A stretch of DNA of 64,000 nt, taken from NCBI GenBank assembly GCA_964016885.1, contig OZ024742.1:130138001-130202000 (forward strand). Direction: 5' to 3'. This document shows, piece after piece, positions 12,901 through 24,900 of the stretch (its first letter is position 1; each line of letters begins with the position of its first letter). Source of the DNA: Eledone cirrhosa. Its lineage: Eukaryota. The position numbers and the translations under genes are program-made. The notes under the pieces were generated by a model. It saw only the letters and a program-made list of their open reading frames with translations, was not told the origin of the DNA and did no database searches.

Positions 12901-15393
12901 GGGTGGTGTGGGGGAGAGACAGTGGTGGTAGGGTGTTGTGGGGGAGAGACAGTGGTGGTAGGGTGTAGTGGAAGAGAGACAGTGGTGGTAGGGTGTTGTG
13001 GAACAGAGACAGTGGTGGTAGGGTGGTGTGGTAGAGAGACAGTGGTGGTAGGGTGGTGGAAGAGACAGTGGTGGTAGGGTGGTGTGGGGGAGAGACAGTG
13101 GTGGTAGGGTGTTGTGGGGGAGAGACAGTGGTGGCAGGGTGTTGTGGAAGAGAGACAGTGGTGGAAGGGTGTAATGGAAGAGAGGCAGTGGTGGCAGGGT
13201 GTTGTGGAAGAGAGACAGTGGTGGCAGGGTGTTGTGGAAGAGAGAGTGGTGGTAGAGTGGTGTGGAAGAGAGACAGTGGTGGTAGGGTGTAATGGAAGAG
13301 AGACAGTGATGGTAGGGTGTTGTGGGGAAGAGACATTGGTGGTAGGGTGGTGTGGAAGAGAGACAGTGGTGGTAGGGTGTTGTGGGGAAGAGACATTGGT
13401 GGTAGGGTGGTGTGGAAGAGAGACAGTGGTGGTAGGGTGTTGTGGAAGAGAGACATTGGTGGTAGGGTGGTGTGGGAGAGAGACAGTGGTGGTAGGGTGT
13501 TGTGGAAGAGAGACAGTGGTGGTAGGGTGTTGTGGGGGAGAGACAGTGGTGGCAGGGTGGTGTGGGGGATAGACAGTGGTGGTAGGGTGTTGTGGAAGAG
13601 AGACAGTGGTGGCAGGGTGGTGTGGGGGAGAGACAGTGGTGGTAGGGTGTTGTGGAAGAGAGACAGTGGTGGCAGGGTGGTGTGGGGGAGAGACAGTGGT
13701 GGTAGGGTGTTGTGGAAGAGAGACATTGGTGGTAGGGTGGTGTGGAAGAGAGACAGTGGTGGTAGGGTGGTGTGGAAGAGAGACAGTGGTGGTAGGGTGT
13801 TGTGGAAGAGAGACAGTGGTGGTAGGGTGTTGTGGGGGAGAGACAGTGGTGGCAGGGTGGTGTGGGGGAGAGACAGTGGTGGTAGGGTGTTGTGGAAGAG
13901 AGACAGTGGTGGCAGGGTGGTGTGGGGGAGAGACAGTGGTGGTAGGGTGTTGTGGAAGAGAGACATTGGTGGTAGGGTGGTGTGGAAGAGAGACATTGGT
14001 GGTAGGGTGGTGTGGAAGAGAGACAGTGGTGGTAGGGTGGTGGAAGAGACAGTGGTGGTAGGGTGTTGTGGAAGAGAGACAGTGGTGGTAGGGTGTTGTG
14101 GGGGAGAGACAGTGGTGGCAGGGTGGTGTGGGGGATAGACAGTGGTGGTAGGGTGTTGTGGAAGAGAGACAGTGGTGGCAGGGTGGTGTGGGGGAGAGAC
14201 AGTGGTGGTAGGGTGTTGTGGAAGAGAGACAGTGGTGGCAGGGTGGTGTGGGGGAGAGACAGTGGTGGTAGGGTGTTGTGGAAGAGAGACATTGGTGGTA
14301 GGGTGGTGTGGAAGAGAGACAGTGGTGGTAGGGTGGTGTGGAAGAGAGACAGTGGTGGTAGGGTGTTGTGGAAGAGAGACAGTGGTGGTAGGGTGTTGTG
14401 GGGGAGAGACAGTGGTGGCAGGGTGGTGTGGGGGAGAGACAGTGGTGGTAGGGTGTTGTGGAAGAGAGACAGTGGTGGCAGGGTGGTGTGGGGGAGAGAC
14501 AGTGGTGGTAGGGTGTTGTGGAAGAGAGACGGTGGTGGTAGGGTGTTATGGGGAAGAGACAGTGGTGGCAGGGTGTTGTGGAAGAGAGACAGGGGTGGTA
14601 AGGTGTTGTGGAAGAGAGACAGTGGTGGTAGGGTAGTGTAGAAGAGAGACAGGGGTGGTAGGGTGGTGTGGAAGAGAGACAGTGGTGGTAGGGTGTTGTG
14701 GAGGAGAGACAGTGGTGGTAGGGTAGTGTAGAATAGAGACAGGGGTGGTAGGGTGGTGTGGAAGAGAGACAGTGGTGGTAGGGTGTTGTGGAAGAGAGAC
14801 ATTGGTGGTAGGGTGGTGTGGAAGAGAGACAGTGGTGGTAGGGTGTTGTGGAAGAGAGACAGTGGTGGTAGGGTGTTGTGGGGGAGAGACAGTGGTGGTA
14901 GGGTGTTGTAGAAGAGAGACAGTGGTGGTAGGGTGTTGTAGAAGAGAGACAGTGGTGGTAGGGTGTTGTGGGGGAGAGACAGTGGTGGCAGGGTGGTGTG
15001 ATGGAGGGACAGGGGTGGTAGGGTGGTGTGGGGGAGAGACAGTGGTGGTAGGGTGTTGTGGAAGAGAGACAGTGGTGGCAGGGTGGTGTGGGGGAGAGAC
15101 AATGGTAGTAGGGTGTTGTGGGGGAGAGACAGTGGTGGTAGAGTGTTGTGGAAGAGAGACAGTGGTGGCAGGGTGGTGTGGGGGAGAGACAATGGTAGTA
15201 GGGTGTTGTGGGGGAGAGACAGTGGTGGTAGAGTGTTGTGGAAGAGAGACAGTGGTGGCAGGGTGGTGTGGGGGAGAGACAGTGGTGGTAGGGTGTAATG
15301 GAAGAGAGACAGTGGAGGCAGGGTGGTGTGGAAGAGAGACAGTGGTGGCAGGGTGGTGTAGGAGACAGTGGTGGTTGGGTGGTGTGGAAGAGA
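9910..15393. repeat. 30-bp G-rich minisatellite, ~180 copies (GGTAGGGTGTTGTGGAAGAGAGACAGTGGT)
   Basis: A 30-nt period is visible in the aligned rows. The long ORFs are its translation. Confidence 0.97.
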
Positions 15394-15834
15394 GAAAATG
15401 AATAAGATAGAAAGGAACCATCGATGATAACAGAAAAGGTGATGGTAGGGTATATTAAATTCTTTTATATCCTCATTTATAATTATCACGATGGGAGAAG
15501 AGAAGCAGAGTTATTAGGATGATAATAGGGAGGATTGAGTACAGACTGTCCCAATGTCATCCTTCATTACAGAAGTTACATGGTGTTGTTAATAGAGGAG
15601 TGAATGGGTGTCAGAGACATGAGTGGCTCAAACAGATCTGATACCATCCATATTTACATGGGCAGTATCTTCATGTTTAGATTATTGCCATCATATTCCG
15701 ATGATTGTTTACATAGTTAGATGGTTATTTTTAATTTTTAATGGTTGTTTTCAAATTCAAATGTGTGTTGCCAAATTTTTAAGTTATTTTTATATTTAGA
15801 TGGCAGCTTTCATTTATATAATTATTTCATATTT

Positions 15835-16647
15835 ATGTTACATGGCAGTGAGACATGGGCATTGTGTGCAGAAGAGCTGCACAGACTAGAAAGGAACAAA
15901 GCATGCATGCTCCGTTGGATGTGTAATAGTAATATACATGAACAGCAAAACATAAGTGAACTAGGTGAGAAATTAGGAATAAGAGGGATCAGATGCTGTT
16001 TACTCGAGAGAAGACTACGTTCATATGGTCACATGATGCGCATGAAAGACGACAACTGTATAAAAAAGTGCAGGGCACTCAAAATTGATTGATGTTACGG
16101 AGTAGGTAGACCCAGAAAAACCTGGGATGATCTGATAAATTCCGACCTTACACACTTGCACCTCTCTAAGACAATGTCACTGGACCAAGATCTTTGGTGC
16201 CACGCAGTAATACAGAAGACCCGGCTTGCCTATGTACAAAGCGAAACCTACAGTCAGTAGGCACTTCTTAACCAAATATACACCCCAACCTACTACCCCT
16301 ACTCCATCCTCCCACTCCCACCAACACCACCCTTTCTCTGTAAAATTATGTTGGTACCACAACATCCAGTCCAAACTAATGAGGTCATGTAGGTGTCACA
16401 ACAAAAAAAACATACAGTCCACACTATAAGGTGGTTGTGTAGGTAACACGGTAAAAAGCTCCCAGTCCACACTGTAAATGTGGTTGGTGTTAGGAAGGGT
16501 ATCCAGCCGTAGAAAACCTGCCAGATAGTCCTATACGAGTGAGACACAGTCACCCGACCAATCTTGCCTCAAGTGGGACAATTCCCGTCTAACCCATGCT
16601 AGCGTGGAAGATAGACGTTAAACGATGATGATGACAATGATGATGAT
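15835..16647 (+). mobile_element. 5'-truncated RTE LINE (C-terminus, 3' UTR and GAT tail)
   Basis: MLHGSETWAL...ERRLRSYGHMMR...GRPRKTW. Homologous to 50885-51659. Confidence 0.9.
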
Positions 16648-17239
16648 GGTTGTTTTCAAATCTACATAATTGTCATCATATTTAGATGGCTTCTTTTATA
16701 TTAAGATGGTTGTTTATGTATTAAGTTGGTTGTTTATATATTTAGATGATTGTCTTCATATTTAGATAGTTATTTACATATTTAAATGGTTACTTTCATA
16801 GATAGTTATTCTGAATAGTTGTTCCAAATTTTGACAGTTAATGGTTGGCTCCATGAAGTAAACTCACCATAACTCACCATATAGTGTATCAGTGACTAAA
16901 TTCTGAATTTACTATGAAAAATATCAATACACAACATTTTATGCTTGTTTTTCATGTTAGTATGGGTTGGACATGTCTTCTCCAACACACTATCCTTCCA
17001 TTTGTTTTGTTCCTTTGTTATCTTCTCTGAGATTCAATGTTTTGAGACCCACTCTCACCACTTCTGCCCAAGTCTTCCTCTACCACAGCTACCTTCCACT
17101 GGGAACTCCTGGCACTTCTTCATCCAATGATCAACATTTATACACATCACATGTATATCCAGTGCATTTAATAATAATAATAATAATGAAATTATTGTGT
17201 ACAGTGCTCAGGTACACTACAACTCATCAAAGGTGCATA

Positions 17240-17690
17240 TATAGTACATAGAATAATATACAAATGTCAGGGAAGTGAATAGTGTATGAGTCATGATATA
17301 CATGTGTGCGTGTGTATGGAGGGGGTATATTAGGTGTAGTGTTGGCGAATCTCAGGAAGCATGGAGGTTTTAAAGGATGCAGTGTCTCGGCAGCTAACAA
17401 CTGATGCAGGTAGTTCGTTCCATGCTTCAGCAACTCTGAGCATGAAAAAATGTTTCCGAAAGTCATGGGAGCTGTGCTGTGTTCTGACTTTGTTGGCATG
17501 GCCACATGTGTTAGACACATGGAAATCAAAAAGGTACTCAGGGTTGTTGTTGGCAAGATGGTTAATAATTTTGTGGGTGTTTACCAAATTAGTTGCCAGA
17601 TGTCGGAGCTTCAATGTATCCATGCCCAGGGAAGCAAGGCATTCAGAGTATGGGAGATGCCTGATGGAGGGTATTCACTTGGGTGCATGT
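17240..17690 (-). mobile_element. CR1/L2-group LINE 3' fragment
   Basis: The minus-strand peptide TCGHANKV...RKHFFMLRVAEAWNELPASVV...ASFK is typical of the CR1-like ORF2 C-terminus. Confidence 0.75.
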
Positions 17691-17924
17691 CTCTCCTCCT
17701 GTACACAGTTTTTCTCTCAGCTCATCCATACTTTATCATCACACATCCATCATTAATATAAAAGAAGCCATCTAAATTAACATCACACATCCATCAAAGC
17801 ATGTTCATTTCATTTCTCACCAGTTTTCACACATCCTCTGCATTTACTGCAGCCATATTTCACAACATGGCACTTTTCCCACATGTATCATACATCTGAC
17901 TTTTCATTCCTAGAGAGAAAGAAA

Positions 17925-18207
17925 TGTTGGTACCACAACATCCAGTTCAAACTAATGAGGCCGTGTAGGTGTCACAACAAAAAACACACAGTCCACGCTG
18001 TAATGTGGCTGCGTTGGTAACAGTAAAAAGTTCTCAGTCCACACTGTAAATGTGGTTGGTGTTAGGAAGGGCATCCAGCCATAGAAAACCTGCCAGACAG
18101 TCCTATACGAGCGAGACACAGTCACCAATCAATCTTGCCTCAAGTGGGACAACTCCCATCTAAACCATGCTAGTGTGGAAGATAGATGTTAAACGATGAT
18201 AATGATG
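17925..18207 (+). mobile_element. RTE 3'-UTR fragment
   Basis: Matches 16347-16630. Confidence 0.8.
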
Positions 18208-18887
18208 AAACTTTTTGTTGTCAACAGAGGTAGAAGCAACTTGAACTGTTTCCATCCTGGTCTTCTTATTCCATCTACTATAGTAGAATAAGAACAGGAT
18301 GGATAAAATCCAACAAATAAAATATATGTGAATCTAAGAATGTAGGATTTCATCATCATCATTTAATATCATATGGGCTGGGTGGGCAGTTTACATACCT
18401 TCTTGTACTCTGCAGAGTGTACCTGGTGCATTTTCTCCTGGCACCAATACTAAGGCAGTCATTGTGTGTTTGACACAACTATCTACTCTTTGTTTGACAG
18501 GTTTTCTATGGCTGGATGCCATTCTTACCATTAACCACTTTACAGAGTATACAGGGCACATTTTATCATGTGAGCAATATTAGATAGGTTGTTGTGTCTT
18601 TGAGACAACTGAAGCATGCTCTCAACCCTGGGTGGGGAGGGGTCAAGTGTTTAAGTGGTCAACATAAAATTCCCCACAATGGAACTTCTTCGAGATGCTC
18701 TGCACACACACACACCCTCTCTCTCAGATTTAACCACTTACCAAGCATGTGTAGAAGAAAGGAACGCAGTAATACTGCCATTCCAATATGAGTTAATGCC
18801 ATGAGTTAATGCTCAATAAGTATTACATAACATTAGTAAAAACAGGCTGCTTCTATCTACATTTATTTGACAGCAGTGCATTTATAC

Positions 18888-19251
18888 AATAACAACAACA
18901 GTAACAACAATAACAGCAATAACAACAATAGCAATAACAACAACAATAGCAACAACAACAATAATAACAATAGCAATAATAACAATAACAACAGCAATAA
19001 CAATAACAACAACAGTAACAGCAATAGCAATAGCAACAATAACAATAACAACAGCAACAATAACAACAACAACAATAAAAATAACAATAGCAACAACAAC
19101 AACAACAACAATAGCAATAACAACAACAATAACAACAACAACAGCAATAACAACAACAACAACAACAATAATAGCAATAACAAAACAACAACAGCAATAA
19201 TTTTTAACAGTGGTGCAATGCCACAAGAATAAAATAGTGGCATTCATGATG

Positions 19252-19287
<36 letters not shown>

Positions 19288-19304
19288 GTGGTGGTAGTAG
19301 TAGT

Positions 19305-19357
<53 letters not shown>

Positions 19358-19429
19358 CTGTAGTAGTAGTAGTAGTAGTAGTGGTGGTAGTGGTAGTAGT
19401 AGTAGTATTGTAGTAGTAGTAGTAGTATT

Positions 19430-19481
<52 letters not shown>

Positions 19482-19517
19482 TGCTGTAGTAGTAGTAGTA
19501 GTAGTATTAGTAGTAGT

Positions 19518-19571
<54 letters not shown>

Positions 19572-19605
19572 CTGTGGTAGTAGTAGTAGTAGTAGTAGTA
19601 GTGCT

Positions 19606-19656
<51 letters not shown>

Positions 19657-20550
19657 CTAACGATAATGATGATGATGGTGATAATAGTTAAGAGTCTTTA
19701 TAATGGAGAGTTGTTACATGCACCATCAGATTTTTCACAAACTGATTGATTGAAAGATTGAGGGGGGGGGGGGGGTTTCTTTGGGAAGATAGTTTTTTAC
19801 ATAGATTACTGCTGGATATTGTGATGATGGTGATGGTGGTGGTGGTGGTGGTGGTGGTGGTGGTGGTGGCAGTGATGGTGGTGGTGATGGTGATGGTGGA
19901 GGTGGGGACGATAGAGATGATGATAATGATAATAGTGGTGGTGATGGTGATGGTGGTGATGGGTGGTGGTGGTGATGGTGGTGGTGGTGGTGGTGATGGG
20001 TGATGGTGGTGATGGTGGTGGTGATGGTGGAGGTGGAGACGATAGAGATGATGATAATGATAATAGTGGTGGTGGTGGAGGTGGAGGTGGAGGTGGAGAC
20101 GATAGAGATGATGATAATGATGGTGGTGATGGTGATGGTGGTGATGGGTGGTGGTGGTGATGGTGGTGGTGATGGTGGTGGTGGTGATGGGTGGTGGTGA
20201 TGGTGGTGGTGATGGGTAGTGGTGATGGGTAGTGGTGATGGTGGTTGTAATAGTGGTGATGGGTGGTGGTGATGGTGGTGGTGATGGGTGGTGATGATGG
20301 GTGGGTGGTGGTGATGGGTAGTGGTGATGGTGGTTGTAATAGTGGTGGTTGTAATAGTGGTGATGGGTGGTGGTGATGGGTGGTGGTGATGGGTGGTGGT
20401 GATGGGTAGTGGTGGTGATGGGTGGTGGTGATGGGTGGTAGTGATGGGTGGTGGTGATGGGTGGTGGTGATGGGTAGTGGTGGTGATGGGTGGTGGTGAT
20501 GGGTGGTGGTGATGGGTAGTGGTGATGGTGGGTATAATAGTGGTGGTGGT
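18888..20550. repeat. AAC/AAT, TAG and GGT/GAT microsatellite cluster
   Basis: Directly visible. Confidence 0.95.
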
Positions 20551-20864
20551 AATGTTGGTGGCAGTGTTTAGTATTCCTTATAATGGATATTATGTTACAT
20601 TTCCCATCTATCACATACAGGCTTGAATTGGCCTCCGAGTTAAACACACATCATTATTGACAACAGATATTTACAAAGAGAAAGAAAAATGAATTCATAA
20701 CCAACACCTCCCCCACCACCGGGCGGGAGTGGTACTGTGAGGGGGGTGGGGACTCCTTGTAGGATAAGATTGAGGTAAAAGGAAGACATATAATTAGATG
20801 TTATAGACAGGTAGAGGTGAAAGATATAGGGGGTAGGCGAAAGAAGGAAAGATAAGTGAGTGAG

Positions 20865-21708
20865 ATAGAGAAGTATAGAAGATATAGAGAGGTATAGAAA
20901 ATATAGAGAAGATAGAGAGATATAGAGAGGTATAGAGAGGTATAGAGAGGTATAGAGAAGATAGAGAGGTATAGAAGATATAGAGAGGTATAGAGAAGAT
21001 AGAGAAGATAGAGAGATATAGAGAGGTATAGAGAAGATAGAGAGGTATAGAAGATATAGAGAGGTATAGAGAGGTATAGAGAAGATAGAGAGGTATAGAA
21101 GAGATATAGAGAGGTATAGAAGAGATATAGAGAGGTATAGAAGAGATATAGAGAGGTATAGAAAGGTAGAGAAGATAGAGAGGTAGAGAAGATAGAGAGG
21201 TATAGAAGAGATATAGAGAGGTATAGAGAAGTATAGAGAAGATAGAGAGGTATAGAAGAGATATAGAGAGGTATAGAAGAGATATAGAGAGGTATAGAAA
21301 AGTAGAGAAGATAGAGAGGTAGAGAAGATAGAGAGGTATAGAAGAGATATAGAGAGGTATAGAAGAGATATAGAGAGGTATAGAGAAGATAGAGAGGTAT
21401 AGAGAGGTATAGAAGAGATATAGAGAGGTATAGAAGAGATATAGAGAGGTATAGAAGGTATAGAGAGGTATAGAAGAGATATAGAGAGGTATAGAGAGGT
21501 ATAGAAGAGATATAGACATGTATAGAAGGTATAGAGAGGTATAGAAGGTATAGAGAGGTATAGAGAGGTATAGAAGAGATATAGAGAAGTATAGAGAGGT
21601 ATAGAAGAGGTATAGAGGTATAGAAGAGATATAGAGAGGCATAGAAGAGATATAGAGATGTATAGAAGGTATGGAGAGGTATAGAAGAGATATAGAGAGG
21701 TATAGAGG
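20865..21708. repeat. Purine-rich AGAGGTATAG/AGAGATATAG satellite, left half
   Basis: The same satellite resumes at 35870, so it is interrupted by the LTR composite. Confidence 0.93.
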
Positions 21709-21975
21709 TAAAGAAAAATAATATATCGTCCAGGTGTATGAACGATATCTCATCTCTCTAAGATTATTAATTAAAACAGAAGGGCTTTACGATAACAAGG
21801 CTAATCTTTTTATTAAATGATACATTTAATAAAACACAACATAATAATTACATTCACAGGACATACCCTGCAAGCTAAACGGCAATGGCTTAATTCTTAC
21901 ATTCAAGAAGAGATATGAAAATCTCTTGGTCAAAAACAGGCGTTTTCCCAAAGTACGTCCACGTGGCAGGACAAA
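21709..21975 (-). repeat. LTR type B, left copy (truncated and fused to viral sequence)
   Basis: 21731-21975 matches 35466-35709. Its start TAAAGAAAAATAAT resembles the PBS-adjacent LTR end at 35180 (TAAAGGAAAATAAT). Confidence 0.75.
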
Positions 21976-24900
21976 ATGACTCCTTGTGAAACATAAGCTT
22001 ATAAAACTATTGAAGATATATTTCACAAGGAGTCATTTTCTTTGAATCCTTGGTTGGAAGATTTCGAAATCATTTCACCGGATGATGGAGAGAAGATTGT
22101 ACCAGTGTCTGCTGACTATAATTTGAACTCCCCACTCCTATTAGATGAAATGGAGGCTATATATACCTTCTGCATAATTGGAAGATTGGAAGAGCGATTT
22201 CTTCATAGGCCGAATATTACATTCACTTCAAATCGTCTATACATCTCAAAAAATACAGTTGACTTCAAAAATCCCATTAACAATCATTCCTGGTTGTCTC
22301 AATTCATTTACAATCCCGATAAGTTTACAACCACTGAAACTCCTGCATACGTCATGAGAGAGACAAAAAAATGGAGTGAGATATGCGGAGGGCTTGTAAG
22401 CACTTACTTCACTCACATAACAGGAACTCTGTTCCCCTGTCATAATCCTCACAGATTTGCCTGGCTCGATTATCCTAAAACTATAAGACGAGACATAAAT
22501 CACTACTACACAATGTTTTTCGAAATATACAGAATAATACTGATTATGAACACTGCAAGTCATGATGAGCTTGTCAACTTAAAAAACAAACATCTATTCA
22601 AAATTGAAATCTCCAGCTATAATTCTGAGACAAAAATGTTTCACAGCTTATTCACCACAGATCTCTTAGGAATTGTGGATATTTTCCCGGGTTACTGCTT
22701 TTTCCAGTTTTATGGAGTTTTATTAGACCGTAACATGATATTAATGGCTAAAGATACTCTTTTGGCCAGATTCACCTCGACATGGTGTGCACTAAATTCT
22801 AAAGAATTTGGATCTCATGAGCATTACAGGAAATTGTGTGAATTTTATAAGTCAGGTGATGCATTAATCACAAATCACGGAAATGCAGCATATAAGGGTT
22901 TGAAATTGTGGGAATCGCACTGTGTAGATTCCAAGGAAAAATTGGCTTCTGAAGTTGTTCCAGAAATCCCACCATTTGGGAAGTTCAATGATCACCTAAT
23001 AAAATCAAGAGAGAAGCTGACCAGCTTATATGGACAACAATTTATGATTTTCTTTGAGCCTTTGACTTACGTGAAAGTCCCTAGATTTCTGGCATTTTTG
23101 AGAGGGATCTTTAGACACTGGGCACATCCTTAAATTGATTACAAGGCAGGCCTTGAAAAGCTACATCATTATGTATCAGTCGACAAACGAACTGATGTGT
23201 ACTATGCAGCATCTAAAGCCAGTGAATTAACCTTTATAGTACTAGAGGCTCAATTTAAAATAAAAAAGAAATGGTTCATAGATGAACAAAGACTGCCACC
23301 CAATCACATCCTCAGACTGTATATTACTGATCAGAAATGGCCCAATGCCAGAGTATTGAAACAGTTGGAAGGAACTTGGCACACACTACCTCTAGTCCCT
23401 TGTTTTGAAATCCCTGCCCAAGTGGACATGAGCACTCTATACTCTGATAAGAGCTTCAGCATGACCAGATCAGAGATCATAAACTACATGAAAATACATC
23501 CCCACAGACCGATACCAACCAAGAAAGTGCTGGCGGAAGCTCTTTCCAAGCCGCAGCTCCATGTTAAGGATTTTCTTGAAAAGATAGAAACCGAAGGTAT
23601 AGATGAAGATCATTTAATTATAGGTCTAAAACCGAAAGAGAGGGAACTCAAAATAGAAGGGAGATATTTCGCTCTAATGAGTTGGCAATTACGAACATAT
23701 TTTGTATTAACAGAGTATCTTATGAAGGAGTTTTACCTTCCTTTGTTTTCAGAGATTACTATGAGAGACGATCTGATTAAACTGATAGGAAAGATGCAGA
23801 ACGTTTCTGGAGGACAGGGATCTAGAAACTATGAAACCATTACCATAACCAATCAGTTTGATTATGAAAAGTGGAACAATAATCAGCGTTTGGAATCCAA
23901 TGGACCTGTATTTCGTGTTATGGGGCAATTTTGGGTTTATCCTACTCTGATTTACAAGACTCATTTGTTTCTCCAACAATCACTTATCTATTTCAATTAC
24001 AGAGGAGATAAGCTTACAACAGATGGGGTCAACATTTTGTGTAGAGAAAACCACTGTTGCTGGTCTGATCAAAAAGGTGGTTTGGAAGGAATTAGACAAA
24101 AGGGATGGACCATCCTTTGTATCTTGATGATTTACGTTGAAAGCAGAATAAGAAATACTCATTCTAGTGCCTTAGGAGCTGGAGACAATCAGATAGTTAA
24201 TAATCATTATAAGTTGGAGAAAGGTTTATCCAGAGAGGAGCGTCTTACAGAAATCAATCATATTATTCAAAATAATGAAGCCATTTGTACGGCAATCAGA
24301 TCTGGAGCAGAAAAATTGGGGCTGCCTATAAATGATGACGAGACAGTCCAGAGTTCTCAATACTTGGAATATGGGAAAACTATTATTCAGAGGAAAAATG
24401 ATTCCCTCCCCCAGAAAAGTATACTCAAGGATATCGTGTTTATCTAATGATCAAATTACGAGCTTAGGGAATCTAATGTCATCACTGTCGACTGGAATTA
24501 TAACTCTCTGTCAGCATTCAGACACCATAAAAGACCCATTGTCCTGGTTTGTGATCTACGCCCCATGGATAATTGTTTTACTTTCGATTCATCACCCTCT
24601 ATTGCGGGATTCCTTCTTTGGTTGGCGTTTGAAGCAACTCAAATCGATCAGCAAGTCAAGAAATTACATGAATAAAGCTGAGATTTATGAAGACTCAAAG
24701 ATGTTTGGTCAAAGTCTTAGATTTATGATTAGAGGAATTTTTTTGGCTCCCTCTTTGGGTGGAGTTTGTGGAATGGCCCCCTCCAGACTTTTAATACGTG
24801 GATTTCCCCATCCTGTGACAGAGTCATTACACTTTTGGAAAGTGATCCATGACAGTCACCCGGACCCTTTAATTAAAAAAATAGCCTTAGACTGAGGAAA

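Noticed and set aside
9910-15393. CRISPR-like regular repeats (also 55367-64000 and 27095-27350)
   Set aside because: These are head-to-tail tandem units with no unique spacers, in a eukaryotic context with no cas genes.
9828-15489. 1872-aa and 1186-aa His/Pro/Thr-rich ORFs
   Set aside because: Translation of the 30-bp minisatellite. The frames are interchangeable and there is no coding signature.
21976-22041. Rhabdovirus gene-end/gene-start signal (TATGA7 / AACAG)
   Set aside because: No such motif is visible upstream of the L frame, and there is no poly(A) at the L 3' break.
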